Shown here piece after piece: positions 29,610-40,203 of a stretch of DNA of 64,000 bases; the first letter of the stretch is position 1; each line of letters starts with the position of its first letter. The translations under genes were made by a program, and so were the position numbers. The notes below the pieces were generated by a model. The model was not told where the DNA came from and did not search any database. It was given only the letters and a program-made list of their open reading frames with translations. Location: assembly GCF_965279435.1 (NCBI RefSeq), contig NZ_CBDIHY010000002.1, positions 315,128 through 379,127 of the forward strand. Reading direction: 5' to 3'. This stretch comes from Pararhizobium sp. (GTDB taxonomy: Bacteria > Pseudomonadota > Alphaproteobacteria > Rhizobiales > Rhizobiaceae).

Positions 29610-30275
29610 ATGGTGTCGACGCGTAGAGATATGTTGCTTGGTGGCTTGGCGTTACTTGGCGCCGGCGCGGTCCAGAATCCGGCGTTTGCGGCGGCGGCTT
29701 CCTATTTCGCCGGAACCGCCGTCGATAATGGCGTAACGTTCCGGACGACCAACTTTGCCAAGATCGACAAGCAGTGGCGCCGCCAGGTCGTTAAATACTT
29801 CAGCGCCGAGCCGGTCGGTACCGTGGTCGTCGATACGAGAAACCATTTTCTCTACGTGATCATGGAGAACAAGACGGCCATCCGCTACGGCGTCGGCGTC
29901 GGCCGCGATGGCTTCAAGTGGTTCGGCCGGGCGACTGTCGATCAGAAATCTCTGTGGCCGCGCTGGACGCCGCCGGCCGATATGCGCAAGCGCCATCCTG
30001 AGCTGCCGGAATTTGTCGAAGGCGGCTCGCCGAAGAACCCGCTTGGCCCCCGCGCCATGTATCTGCATCGCGACGGCGTCGATACCGGCTATCGCTTCCA
30101 TGGCACGCTGGAACCGGGCAGCATCGGCAAGGATGCCTCCAGCGGCTGTATCCGCATGTTCAACGAAGACGCCATCGACCTTTACCAGCGTTGTCCCATT
30201 GGCACCGCAGTGCAGGTTCTGCCGCATATTGCCGACCAGGCCCCCCAGGTCAGCGACGCTACCCCGGTCGAATGA
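29610..30275 (+). CDS. L,D-transpeptidase (YkuD family) with Tat signal
   Basis: STRRDMLL twin-arginine motif; NPLGPRAMYL and FHGT...ASSGCIRM catalytic His/Cys. Confidence 0.92.
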   Translation: MVSTRRDMLLGGLALLGAGAVQNPAFAAAASYFAGTAVDNGVTFRTTNFAKIDKQWRRQVVKYFSAEPVGTVVVDTRNHFLYVIMENKTAIRYGVGVGRDGFKWFGRATVDQKSLWPRWTPPADMRKRHPELPEFVEGGSPKNPLGPRAMYLHRDGVDTGYRFHGTLEPGSIGKDASSGCIRMFNEDAIDLYQRCPIGTAVQVLPHIADQAPQVSDATPVE

Positions 30276-30288
30276 GGAATTTCCCCTG

Positions 30289-30825
30289 ATGTCTGCAATG
30301 ATCGGATACGCGCGGCATGTTTTGGCCGCGTCCATGCTCTTGGCGCTCACTGCCTGCAACACCACCGATATCGCCTCCGTCGAAGAGCCTGCGGCGGTCC
30401 CGATGACCGGCCAGACCAACGATCCCGCACCCGGCTTCGAAACCGTCTCGGCTGGCAGCGAAGAGGATTTCATCCTCAATGTCGGCCGCCGGGTCTATTT
30501 CACGCAGGATTCGGCTACGCTCGATTCTGTCGCCAAGGCAACGTTGGACAACCAGGCGGTCTGGCTCAACAGCAACCCGCGCTGGCTGGTCAAGCTGCAG
30601 GGCTTTGCCGACGATTCCGGATCGGAATCCAAAATGCAGGCGCTGTCGCAGAAGCGCGCCGATGCGACGATGGCCTATCTGACTTCGAAAGGTGTGGACG
30701 CCCAACGCCTGTGGGCCAAGGGTTACGGCAAGGACCGCGAAGTCCGCGACTGCACGGATCGCTCCTGCAAGGTGCAAAACCGCCGTGTGGTCTCCAACCT
30801 GCGCACCCAGCGAGACGCGCTCTGA
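30289..30825 (+). CDS. OmpA-family/Pal-like lipoprotein
   Basis: Lipobox LTAC; RVYFTQDSATL, GFADD and LSQKRA form an OmpA C-domain. Confidence 0.88.
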   Translation: MSAMIGYARHVLAASMLLALTACNTTDIASVEEPAAVPMTGQTNDPAPGFETVSAGSEEDFILNVGRRVYFTQDSATLDSVAKATLDNQAVWLNSNPRWLVKLQGFADDSGSESKMQALSQKRADATMAYLTSKGVDAQRLWAKGYGKDREVRDCTDRSCKVQNRRVVSNLRTQRDAL

Positions 30826-31012
30826 GCGCAGATTGCGTGTTTGCAGAGTAGCCGGCCGACGAAACGCAAACGCGCATGTGTCTCTCAGCTTTACGCGAAA
30901 GTTTCAGGGTTGGCGTCGATACGACGCGCGAGCACAGAGATGATGCTGCACGATCATAGCCAGCATGGTGCTGGAAGCGATTGTTGCCGCAAGCGGTGCT
31001 GCCTGAAACGTA

Positions 31013-31732
31013 TTAGCGTACTTCCCTGACACGGAGGGGAAAATTCCGTTGGTAGGTGGCGCGGATCAGTCGTTCCGCAGCTTCGGAGGCGCGTGTCTCA
31101 TCGCGAGCCTCGATTGCGTCGATGATGGCCTCGTGCATTTTCAACGAGTGCTGCAGCCCTCCGAACGTCTTCAACGTCTTTGGGATGCTGATCGTCAGTG
31201 CCGCGCGGATGACGGAGGAGACAGGCAGCAGGAACCGGTTGTGGGCGGCTTGAAATATTTGCAGATGGAAGCTGATGTCGGCTTCGATTGCCGCCTGTGC
31301 CGTCGCGTGGTCTTCGGCCATACGGGAAAACGCCGCCCTGATCTGCGCATGTTCGGCGTCGGAGCCGCGACGCGCGGCAAGGCTGGCGGCCAGCGGCTCG
31401 ACAGCCGAACGGATTTCGAACAGCTCTTCCGCCAGCGCGTCCTGATCATCGGCATCGCCCTGCCAGGCGAGAACCACCGGATCGAGTGTGTTCCAGAATT
31501 CCGGAGATCTGACGCGGGTGCCAAGACGCGGTTTGGCCTCGATGAACCCCTTGGTCGACAGGATCTTCAACGCTTCCCGCAGCGTCGTCCGGCTGACCCG
31601 CAGGTTGGTGAGGAGGTCGGATTCTGTTGGCAGGATCTCGCCGACTTTGAGCTCGCCAAGCGTAATGCGCCGGCCGATCTCGCCGGCAATTTGCGCCGGA
31701 AGCCCCCGGTCTCCGATGGCAAAGGTCTTCAT
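31013..31732 (-). CDS. FadR/GntR family regulator
   Basis: LPTESDL, VSRTTLREAL and EADISFH. Confidence 0.9.
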   Translation of the reverse strand: MKTFAIGDRGLPAQIAGEIGRRITLGELKVGEILPTESDLLTNLRVSRTTLREALKILSTKGFIEAKPRLGTRVRSPEFWNTLDPVVLAWQGDADDQDALAEELFEIRSAVEPLAASLAARRGSDAEHAQIRAAFSRMAEDHATAQAAIEADISFHLQIFQAAHNRFLLPVSSVIRAALTISIPKTLKTFGGLQHSLKMHEAIIDAIEARDETRASEAAERLIRATYQRNFPLRVREVR

Positions 31733-31800
31733 CCGTCATCCATTCACGTATTGTGCTCTGCATGTCATAGGGCAAGTACAGACGACATGCACCTGTCCAG

Positions 31801-32730
31801 TCAAGGCCAACACGAAGGCTGGTACGACACCTCGAATGCGCCAAGATCCTCCGCATAGCGCTTTGTCATCGCAAGACCTGCGTCGCTGGGGCGAAGCGCC
31901 GGTGCGCGATCGTAGATGGGGATTCCTGCACGCTCCCCGAAGAGGCGTTTGCCATAGCACAACAGGTTTTCGATGCCCTGCATGGTAAAGACGACCGCTG
32001 GCAGCATGCGGCGATAGTCGTCCTCAGCGTGTTCCTCCCATCCGTCGCAGAAGAATTCGTAAACCCTGACGGCGTAGTCGATGCAGTCAGGTGCCAGGAT
32101 CAGCCCGCGACAGCCGGCGCGCAGATTGTCCGGCAGTTCCAGCCCTGCCCTGCCGTTGAAGACCGGAAGTGTTCCATCGGTCACCTCGATCAGCGCTGCG
32201 ATATCGACGACCGGCCCCTCACCCTTGACGAGCTGGATATTCGGGTGCTGCTGAACCAGATCACGAATATCGGTGGCCGACAATCCGCGCCCCATCAGGG
32301 CCGGGGCATTCTGGATGGCGACCGGCAGATCGGTCTGGTCCGCGACGCGGCCAAAGAACTGCATATATTCGCGTGCCGCGAACTGCCCGATCATCGGCGG
32401 CTGCAGGATCAGCCAGTCGGCGCCAACATTGGCCGCATGGCGGGCCTGGCGCACCTGTTCCTCGACGGAGGACCCGAAGATCGTCAGCGCCACCGGCACG
32501 CGGCCGGCCGTATCCTCGACGGTCCACTCCATCACCGTCAGCCGCTCATGTTCGCTCAACTTGGAGACCTCGGTGGCAAGACCAAGCGCTGCCATGCCGT
32601 GCACACCACTGGCCAGACACAGTTCGACCTGCCGGCGCATCGCATTGCGATCGAGCTTTTCGTCGCTATCGAACAGCGCGTAGAGAATGGCATGAATGCC
32701 GTGCAGATCCTGCACCCGGAAATTGTTCAT
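31801..32730 (-). CDS. DHDPS-family aldolase/dehydratase
   Basis: GMAALGLATE, AIQNAP and Schiff-base Lys in LVKGE. Start trimmed to ATG 32730. Confidence 0.85.
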   Translation of the reverse strand: MNNFRVQDLHGIHAILYALFDSDEKLDRNAMRRQVELCLASGVHGMAALGLATEVSKLSEHERLTVMEWTVEDTAGRVPVALTIFGSSVEEQVRQARHAANVGADWLILQPPMIGQFAAREYMQFFGRVADQTDLPVAIQNAPALMGRGLSATDIRDLVQQHPNIQLVKGEGPVVDIAALIEVTDGTLPVFNGRAGLELPDNLRAGCRGLILAPDCIDYAVRVYEFFCDGWEEHAEDDYRRMLPAVVFTMQGIENLLCYGKRLFGERAGIPIYDRAPALRPSDAGLAMTKRYAEDLGAFEVSYQPSCWP

Positions 32731-32740
32731 AACCGCCGCC

Positions 32741-34462
32741 TCAATGACTGTCGCGCGGGACCGCATGACCGCGGCCACCGACGAGGAAATCGAGATCGGC
32801 GCCCGTGTCCGCCTGCATGACCCGTTCGACATAAAGGCCTTGGTAGCCTCCCGCCATTGCGGGCTGAGGCGGCCTCCATTTTGCCCGCCGCCTTTCCAGT
32901 TCAGCGTCGTCAACTTCGAGATGAAGCCTGCGGTTTTTAACGTCGAGTTCGATGAAGTCACCGTTCTCGACAAGCGCCAGTACCCCGCCCACCGCCGCTT
33001 CCGGCGCGACATGCAGTATGACGGTGCCAAAAGCCGTGCCGGACATGCGGGCGTCGGAGATGCGGACCATGTCGCGCACGCCTTTTTTCAGCAGCTTCTG
33101 CGGCAGCGCCATGTTGCCGACTTCGGCCATGCCGGGATAACCCTTGGGTCCGCAGTTTTTCAGCACCATGATGCAGGTTTCATCGATATCGAGATCAGGG
33201 TCGTCAACGAGGCTCTTGTAGTGATCGATGGTTTCGAAGACCACGGCCCGGCCCCGATGCTGCATCAGGCTGGCTGTAGCCGCAGAAGGCTTGAGAATAG
33301 CACCTTGCGGTGCAAGATTGCCCTTCAGAACGGCGATGCCGCCTTGCTGGGTCAAAGCCTTTTCGCGCGGCAGAATGACATCCGTATTGTAGTTTTCAGC
33401 AGTCTCGATGTTGGCGCCGACGCTGTTGCCTGTCACCGTCAGACAGGTCAGGTCGAGCATGTCGGCGATCTGCTTCATCACCACGGGCAGACCACCGGCG
33501 TAACAGAAATCCTCCATCAGATGCTTGCCGGACGGCATCAGGTTGAGGATGGTCGGTACGTCACGGCCGAAACGGTCCCAGTCATCGAGCGTCAATTCGG
33601 TGCCGATCCGGCCCGCAATCGCCAGGAGATGGACGACGGCATTGGTCGAGCCGCCGATTGCACCATTCACCTTGATGGCATTGGCAAAGGCCTGCCGGGT
33701 CAGGATCTGCGACGGGCGCAAGTTTTCGGCAACCATCTCGACGATGCGGCGGCCGGTCAGCCGCGCTAGCCGGGCGCGGTGCGCATCGACCGCCGGGTAA
33801 GCAGCGTTTCCGGGAAGTGCCAGCCCAAGGGCCTCGGCCATCGACGCCATGGTGGAGGCTGTACCCATCGTCATGCAATGGCCGGGGGAGCGCGACATGG
33901 CGCTTTCGGCGGCCATGAAATCCGCTGGCGACATGACACCGGCCCGCACATCCTCGGAGAATTTCCAGACATCGGTGCCCGAGCCGATGGTGCGGCCCTT
34001 CAGCCGGCCGTTCAGCATCGGCCCGCCGGAGATGACGATTGCGGGCAGATCGCAGGATGCAGCCCCCATGACCAGCGATGGCGTGGTCTTGTCGCAGCCC
34101 GCCATCAGCACGACACCATCCATCGGATTGCCGCGAATGGCCTCCTCGACATCCATTGATGCCAGGTTGCGAAACAGCATGGCCGTCGGGCGAAGGTTGG
34201 ATTCACCGCAGGAAAAGACAGGAAACTCCAGCGGCAGGCCACCCGCTTCCAGCACGCCGACCTTGATCTGTTCGACCAGCCCCCGGAAATGCGCGTTGCA
34301 GGGCGTTAGCTCGGAGAAGGTGTTGCAGATACCAATCACGGGGCGGCCGTCAAAGACGTCGTCCGGCAAGCCATTGTTCTTCATCCAGCTGCGATGGATG
34401 AAGGCATCCTTATCAAGCCCGCCAAACCAGTTTTGCGATCTCAGTTTCCGGGACATGGGCAT
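32741..34462 (-). CDS. IlvD/Edd-family sugar-acid dehydratase (L-arabinonate dehydratase-like)
   Basis: IGICNTFSELTPCNAH, GCDKTTP, GHCMTMGTAST and SDARMSGT. Confidence 0.9.
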   Translation of the reverse strand: MPMSRKLRSQNWFGGLDKDAFIHRSWMKNNGLPDDVFDGRPVIGICNTFSELTPCNAHFRGLVEQIKVGVLEAGGLPLEFPVFSCGESNLRPTAMLFRNLASMDVEEAIRGNPMDGVVLMAGCDKTTPSLVMGAASCDLPAIVISGGPMLNGRLKGRTIGSGTDVWKFSEDVRAGVMSPADFMAAESAMSRSPGHCMTMGTASTMASMAEALGLALPGNAAYPAVDAHRARLARLTGRRIVEMVAENLRPSQILTRQAFANAIKVNGAIGGSTNAVVHLLAIAGRIGTELTLDDWDRFGRDVPTILNLMPSGKHLMEDFCYAGGLPVVMKQIADMLDLTCLTVTGNSVGANIETAENYNTDVILPREKALTQQGGIAVLKGNLAPQGAILKPSAATASLMQHRGRAVVFETIDHYKSLVDDPDLDIDETCIMVLKNCGPKGYPGMAEVGNMALPQKLLKKGVRDMVRISDARMSGTAFGTVILHVAPEAAVGGVLALVENGDFIELDVKNRRLHLEVDDAELERRRAKWRPPQPAMAGGYQGLYVERVMQADTGADLDFLVGGRGHAVPRDSH

Positions 34463-34624
34463 TCCTCCGATTTCTTATATATTCTCATATAATCGGAGTT
34501 ATTATTCGTCAAGCATGCAACATGCGCGAAATCATCGTGACGCCCATAAGCAGAACGACCCGACCGCAGGCCTCTGCGATCGGGTCGTTCCTCATTAAGG
34601 AAGTGTGTAATGCAGCGCGCCCGG

Positions 34625-35404
34625 TCAGACCGGGTGGTGCTGAACACTCAGGCCGCCATCGATGGTCAGGCATGTAGCGTTCATGAACGGACATTCGTCG
34701 GAGATCATGAAGAGTGCAGCTAGCGCGATCTCGTCGGCCGTAGCGATGCGCCCGCCCGGATGCAGCTTCATCGTCGCAGCCTCGGCGGCAACCGGATCAG
34801 GAAAACTGTTCCAGTATTCGGTGGCCTTTTGCGTCAGCACATAACCTGGCGCCAGCGCATTCACCCGCACGCCCTTCGGCGCGTATTCGATGCCGAGGGA
34901 TTTTGTCATGCCCAAAAGCGCGTGCTTGGCGACCGGATAGGGGAACGTGTGCGGAATGATGGTGAAGGCATGGGTCGAGGCGATGTTAAGGATCACGCCG
35001 CCGCCCTGCCCGATCATGCCGGGAAGCACGGCCTTCGAGCAATTCCAGGCACCTTTCAGATTGATGTCGAAGCAGCGCTGCCATTCGGCGTCGCTGGTAT
35101 CCAAAGGCTCATGAAAGACGTTGACCCCGGCATTATTGATCAGCGCATTGATTGGGCCGATCTCGGTTGCGGCCCGTTCGACGGCTACGGAAATTGCAGA
35201 TGTATCGGTGATGCTGGCGATAGCATAGCCGATTGTGGCACCGCCCGCCTGCAATGCCTTTGCTTCCGTCTCCAGCAAGCCGGCATCGAGGTCGATGAGA
35301 AACAGGCTTGCGCCTTCCTTGATGCAGGCCCGGGCGATCGCAAGGCCGATGCCTTGTGCCGCTCCGGTGATCATGATCCGTTTGCCCTTGAGCCGGTCCG
35401 TCAT
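34625..35404 (-). CDS. SDR oxidoreductase, probable aldose (galactose/arabinose) 1-dehydrogenase
   Basis: TGAAQGIG, NNAG and ASTHAF...FPYPVAKH. Follows dgoD; the function call rests on context. Confidence 0.75.
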   Translation of the reverse strand: MTDRLKGKRIMITGAAQGIGLAIARACIKEGASLFLIDLDAGLLETEAKALQAGGATIGYAIASITDTSAISVAVERAATEIGPINALINNAGVNVFHEPLDTSDAEWQRCFDINLKGAWNCSKAVLPGMIGQGGGVILNIASTHAFTIIPHTFPYPVAKHALLGMTKSLGIEYAPKGVRVNALAPGYVLTQKATEYWNSFPDPVAAEAATMKLHPGGRIATADEIALAALFMISDECPFMNATCLTIDGGLSVQHHPV

Positions 35405-35419
35405 CGCGTTACTCCTCCA

Positions 35420-36568
35420 TTACCACTCGGCAAAACTGCCATCTTCATGGCGCCAGATCGGGTTGCGCCAGCGATGGCCTTCCTTGGCGCGCTCGATGAC
35501 GTAGGCCTCATCGACCTCGATGCCGAGGCCCGGCCCCTGCGGGATCGAGACGAAGCCGTCGGCATACTGGAAGACCTCCTTGTTGGAGATGTAATCGAGA
35601 ATATCGTTGCTCTTGTTGTAGTGGATGCCGAGGCTCTGCTCCTGGATGAAGGCATTGTAGCTGACAGCATCGATCTGCAGGCAGGCGGCAAGGGCAATCG
35701 GCCCAAGCGGGCAATGCGGCGCCAGCGCCACGTCATAGGCTTCCGCCATGGCCGCGATCTTGCGGCATTCGGTGATGCCGCCGGCATGGGACAGATCGGG
35801 CTGGATGATATCGACGAAGCCGTCGGAGAGAACCTGCTTGAAATCCCAGCGCGAATACAGGCGTTCCCCAAGCGCGATCGGCGTCGAGGTGTGATTGACG
35901 ATATCGCGCAGCGCCTCCTTGTTTTCCGAGAGAACAGGTTCTTCGATGAACATCAGCTTGTAAGGGTCGAGTTCCTTGGCCATCACCTTGGCCATCGGCT
36001 TGTGGACGCGGCCATGGAAATCCACGCCGATACCGATATAGGGACCGACCGCTTCCCGAATGGTGGCGATGGTCTGGACGGCTTTTTCGACCTTGTCGTA
36101 GCTGTCGACGATCTGCATTTCCTCGCAGCCGTTCAGCTTGATCGCCTTGAAGCCACGGGCAACCACGTCGCGGGCATTGTTGGCAACGTCAGCCGGACGG
36201 TCGCCACCGATCCAGGAATAGACCTTGATCTTGTCACGCACCTGGCCGCCGAGCAGCGAATGAATCGGTTGGCCGAGCGCCTTGCCCTTGATGTCCCAGA
36301 GTGCCTGATCGATACCGGAAATGGCGCTCATGTGGATGGCGCCACCGCGATAGAAGCCGCCACGATACATGACGTTCCAGTGGTCCTCGATGAGGAATGG
36401 ATCCTTGCCGATCAGGTAATCTTCCAGTTCGTGAACGGCAGCCTGCACCGTCAGGGCACGCCCCTCGACCACCGGCTCGCCCCAGCCGACGATGCCCTCA
36501 TCTGTCTCGACCTTCAGAAACAGCCAGCGTGGCGGAACGATATAGGTGGTCAGTTTGGTGATCTTCAT
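35420..36568 (-). CDS. dgoD: D-galactonate dehydratase
   Basis: [37 protein letters not shown] and EQSLGIHYN closely match DgoD. Confidence 0.93.
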   Translation of the reverse strand: MKITKLTTYIVPPRWLFLKVETDEGIVGWGEPVVEGRALTVQAAVHELEDYLIGKDPFLIEDHWNVMYRGGFYRGGAIHMSAISGIDQALWDIKGKALGQPIHSLLGGQVRDKIKVYSWIGGDRPADVANNARDVVARGFKAIKLNGCEEMQIVDSYDKVEKAVQTIATIREAVGPYIGIGVDFHGRVHKPMAKVMAKELDPYKLMFIEEPVLSENKEALRDIVNHTSTPIALGERLYSRWDFKQVLSDGFVDIIQPDLSHAGGITECRKIAAMAEAYDVALAPHCPLGPIALAACLQIDAVSYNAFIQEQSLGIHYNKSNDILDYISNKEVFQYADGFVSIPQGPGLGIEVDEAYVIERAKEGHRWRNPIWRHEDGSFAEW

Positions 36569-36640
36569 CAGCGAAGGTCCTGTGTCGAAGGGAAGTGTCG
36601 GTCCGGAATTTTCGCGCCAAAGCGCTTGTGCGCCGGACTG

Positions 36641-37417
36641 TTAGGAGGAGGACTGCGGCACGTGCCGTTTAACGGCGACAGCAAGATCGCGTGCGGCCAG
36701 AGACAGCAGTTGCAAGGAGCAGTTCCTGGCGGCGGCCGTGTCGCGCATGCGCAGCGCTTCCACCAGCTGCCGGTGGATATCGATTGCCTCGTCGCGCGTA
36801 TCCACCGCTTCGTTGGACGCATGCAGCGAGAACTCCAAGGCCACCTGGATGATGCTCGCCAATTGCAGAAACACCTGATTGTGGCTCGCCTTCAGGAGAT
36901 TGGTATGAAAGGCGACGTCAGCCTTGGTGAAGCGCTCGATATCGCCATCGGCATCGCGCATCTCGTGCCAGGCGCGTTCGACATCGGCGATTTCCTGTAC
37001 CGTCGCCCGCTCGGCGGCTAGTTCGGCAGCAGCCGGCTCGATCGCCCGGCGGGCTTCCAGGATGCAATTCAAGAGATCGAATTCAAAGATTCTGGGACCG
37101 ATCCATTCCAGCACCTGCTGATCGAGGATGTTCCACTCGTCCTTGCGGCAGACAACGGTACCGACCCGCGAGCGTCCGCGCACCAGGCCCTTGGATTCGA
37201 GGATCTTCAGGGATTCGCGGATGACCGTGCGGCTGACGCCGTAGCGCTCGCAAAGTTCGTTCTCCGTCGGAAGGAAGTCGCCAGCCGAGAAGATGTCGGC
37301 GCAGATATCAGCGGCGATAGCCCTCGTCACGTTTTTCTGGACACGCGGCCGCCGGACGGCCTTGTCGCCGGCGTCATCCGCTGATCGTTCCTGTTGTCCT
37401 TCCACCGGCATCTCCAT
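36641..37417 (-). CDS. FadR family regulator (DgoR-like); start uncertain
   Basis: LPTENELCERYGVSRTVIRE and ADVAFH. Lies upstream of dgoD. Confidence 0.88.
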   Translation of the reverse strand: MEMPVEGQQERSADDAGDKAVRRPRVQKNVTRAIAADICADIFSAGDFLPTENELCERYGVSRTVIRESLKILESKGLVRGRSRVGTVVCRKDEWNILDQQVLEWIGPRIFEFDLLNCILEARRAIEPAAAELAAERATVQEIADVERAWHEMRDADGDIERFTKADVAFHTNLLKASHNQVFLQLASIIQVALEFSLHASNEAVDTRDEAIDIHRQLVEALRMRDTAAARNCSLQLLSLAARDLAVAVKRHVPQSSS

Positions 37418-37622
37418 CCCCGTCGCCGCACGCTCAACGAGCCTTCGGCGATGCATATCGCAGTTTGAATTGCATGGCGACCGTTGCGAACGGACCATCA
37501 CGTTCATTCTCAGTATCATACATAGATATTTTAATCATCATACAAAGGCAATTGACCAGTATGATGTTTCGTCCTACACAAATGACCACTGCAGGGAGCA
37601 GTTTGATCTAGGGAGAGAGACC

Positions 37623-38606
37623 ATGCGCTTTTTAAAAGCAGCCATCCTGGCTGGCACCGTCGCCGTTTTCGCTGCCACGTCGGCTTATGCTGCCGATGTG
37701 AAAATCGGTTTCATCGTCAAGCAGCCTGAAGAGCCCTGGTTCCAGGACGAATGGAAGTTTGCTGAAGTTGCCGCCAAGGAAAAGGGCTTCACGCTGGTCA
37801 AGATCGGCGCCGAAGACGGCGAAAAAGTTCAGTCCGCAATTGACAACCTCGGCGCACAGGGCGCGCAGGGTTTCATCATCTGCACTCCCGACGTCAAGCT
37901 CGGCCCCGGCATCATCGCCAAGGCTGCTGCCAACGATCTCAAGCTGATGACGGTTGATGACCGCCTGGTCAACGCCGACGGCAGCCCGATCGAAGATGTG
38001 CCGCACATGGGCATTTCCGCCACCAAGATCGGCGAAGCGGTTGGCCAGTCCATTGTCGACGAGATCAAGAAGCGCGGCTGGAACATGAGCGAAGTCGGCG
38101 CGATCCGCGTTTCCTACGACCAGCTTCCAACGGCCGTCGATCGTATCGAAGGCGCCCTTTCCGTGTTGAAGGCAAACGGTTTCCCGGAAGCCAATATCTT
38201 TGATGCACCACAGGCAAAGACCGATACGGAAGCCGCACTCAACGCTTCGACCGTCGTTCTCAACAAGAATGCCAATATCAAGAAATGGGTCGCAGTCGGC
38301 CTCAATGACGAAGCCGTTCTCGGTGCCGTGCGCGCCACCGAAAGTGTCGGCATTCCAGCAGACAGCGTGATCGGCGTCGGTATCGGTGGTGCGGATTCGG
38401 CGATCAATGAATTCAAGAAGCCAACGGCAACCGGCTTTTTCGGCACGATCATCATCTCGCCGAAGCGTCACGGCTATGAGACTGCGCTGAACATGTACGA
38501 CTGGATCGCCAACGGCAAGGAGCCGGAAAAGCTGACCCTGACGGCAGGCCAGGTCGCCTTGCGCGACAATTATGAAGCGGTCCGCAAGGAACTTGGTATC
38601 GAATAA
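37623..38606 (+). CDS. araF: L-arabinose ABC transporter substrate-binding protein
   Basis: KIGFIVKQPEEPWFQDEW and ICTPDVKLGP are AraF signatures; signal peptide present. Confidence 0.9.
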   Translation: MRFLKAAILAGTVAVFAATSAYAADVKIGFIVKQPEEPWFQDEWKFAEVAAKEKGFTLVKIGAEDGEKVQSAIDNLGAQGAQGFIICTPDVKLGPGIIAKAAANDLKLMTVDDRLVNADGSPIEDVPHMGISATKIGEAVGQSIVDEIKKRGWNMSEVGAIRVSYDQLPTAVDRIEGALSVLKANGFPEANIFDAPQAKTDTEAALNASTVVLNKNANIKKWVAVGLNDEAVLGAVRATESVGIPADSVIGVGIGGADSAINEFKKPTATGFFGTIIISPKRHGYETALNMYDWIANGKEPEKLTLTAGQVALRDNYEAVRKELGIE

Positions 38607-38670
38607 TCGTCGCATCAACGAAAACGCCCGGCGGCTTTAACCGCTGGGCGCCCCTATTCGGAGCGCGGCT

Positions 38671-40203
38671 ATGCAAGACCTTCTCGACTTCAAATCCATA
38701 TCAAAGGGTTATCCCGGCGTTCAGGCTCTGTCCGACGTCTCTTTCTCCGTCCGGAAAGGGACCGTTCACGGCCTGATGGGCGAAAATGGTGCCGGGAAAT
38801 CCACCCTGATCCGTATTCTGTCCGGTGATCAGGCTGCCGATACCGGTGAAATCCGCATCGGTGGCGAACGGCAGGTGTACAAATCCGTCCGCGACGCCTT
38901 TCAAGCCGGCGTGATCGTCATCCACCAGGAATTGCAGCTGGTCGCCGAGCTGACTGTTGCCGAAAACCTCTGGCTTGGCCGCTTCCCAGCCAAAGCCGGC
39001 GTGCTCGACAGGCGCAAGCTGCTCGGTGTCGTGGCTGAAAAACTCACTGAAATGGGCATCGATGTCGATCCGGCGGCGAAGGTCGCCTCGTTGTCCATCG
39101 GTGAACGGCAGATGGTCGAGATCGCCAAGGCCGTGATGGTCGATGCGCGCGTTATCGCACTGGATGAACCAACCTCCTCATTATCTTCCAAAGAAAGCGA
39201 AATCCTGTTCTCGCTGATCGACCGCCTACGGGCGAACGGCACTGTCATTCTCTATGTCTCGCACCGTCTCGACGAGATTTTTCGCCTCTGCGACAGCCTG
39301 ACAGTGCTACGCGACGGCAAGCTTGCCGCCCACCATTCGGACATTTCCAAGGTGACACGCGATCAGATCATCGCCGAGATGGTCGGGCGCGAGATCGCCA
39401 ATATCTGGGGATGGCGCGGCCGGCCGCTCGGCGCCGAACGGCTGCGGGTCGAAAATATCACCGGCCCCAAACTTCCCAAACCAATCGATTTCACGGTGCG
39501 GAAAGGTGAGATCCTCGGCTTTTTCGGGTTGATCGGCGCCGGGCGCAGCGAAATGGCGCGGCTCCTCTATGGCGCCGATGCACGGTCACAGGGCACGGTC
39601 GCGGTAGACGGAGAAACGGTCACCGCCGATAGCCCCGCGCACTCGATCCGTGCCGGTGTGGTTCTGTGTCCCGAAGATCGCAAGTTGGACGGCATCATTC
39701 AGGGCCGGTCCATCGAAGAGAACATGGCGATTTCCTCGCGCCGCCACTTTTCGCCCTTCGGTATCCTTAACCCGAAGAAGGAAGGTGAATTGGCCGAAAC
39801 CTTTATCGCCAAGCTGCGTGTGCGCACGCCGTCCCGCAAGCAGGACATCATCAATCTGTCCGGTGGCAACCAACAGAAGGTGATCCTCGGCCGCTGGCTT
39901 TCCGAGCAGGGCGTCAAGGTTCTCTTGATCGACGAACCGACGCGCGGCATTGACGTCGGCGCCAAATCGGAAATCTACGAAATCCTCTATGAGCTTGCGG
40001 CACAAGGCATGGCCATCATCGTCATCTCCAGCGAGTTGCCGGAGATCATGGGCATTACCGACCGGATTATGGTCATGTGCGAAGGCCGCATTGCTGCCGA
40101 GATCGAGCGACCTGATTTCGACGATCGGCGCATCTTGGCCGCTGCCCTGCCGGACGTTTCCAATGCCGCCGACCTTCCCATTCAACAGGTACAGAGCCGA
40201 TGA
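38671..40203 (+). CDS. araG: L-arabinose ABC transporter ATP-binding protein
   Basis: Tandem ATPase domains (GENGAGKST, LSGGNQQK); follows araF. Confidence 0.9.
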   Translation: MQDLLDFKSISKGYPGVQALSDVSFSVRKGTVHGLMGENGAGKSTLIRILSGDQAADTGEIRIGGERQVYKSVRDAFQAGVIVIHQELQLVAELTVAENLWLGRFPAKAGVLDRRKLLGVVAEKLTEMGIDVDPAAKVASLSIGERQMVEIAKAVMVDARVIALDEPTSSLSSKESEILFSLIDRLRANGTVILYVSHRLDEIFRLCDSLTVLRDGKLAAHHSDISKVTRDQIIAEMVGREIANIWGWRGRPLGAERLRVENITGPKLPKPIDFTVRKGEILGFFGLIGAGRSEMARLLYGADARSQGTVAVDGETVTADSPAHSIRAGVVLCPEDRKLDGIIQGRSIEENMAISSRRHFSPFGILNPKKEGELAETFIAKLRVRTPSRKQDIINLSGGNQQKVILGRWLSEQGVKVLLIDEPTRGIDVGAKSEIYEILYELAAQGMAIIVISSELPEIMGITDRIMVMCEGRIAAEIERPDFDDRRILAAALPDVSNAADLPIQQVQSR

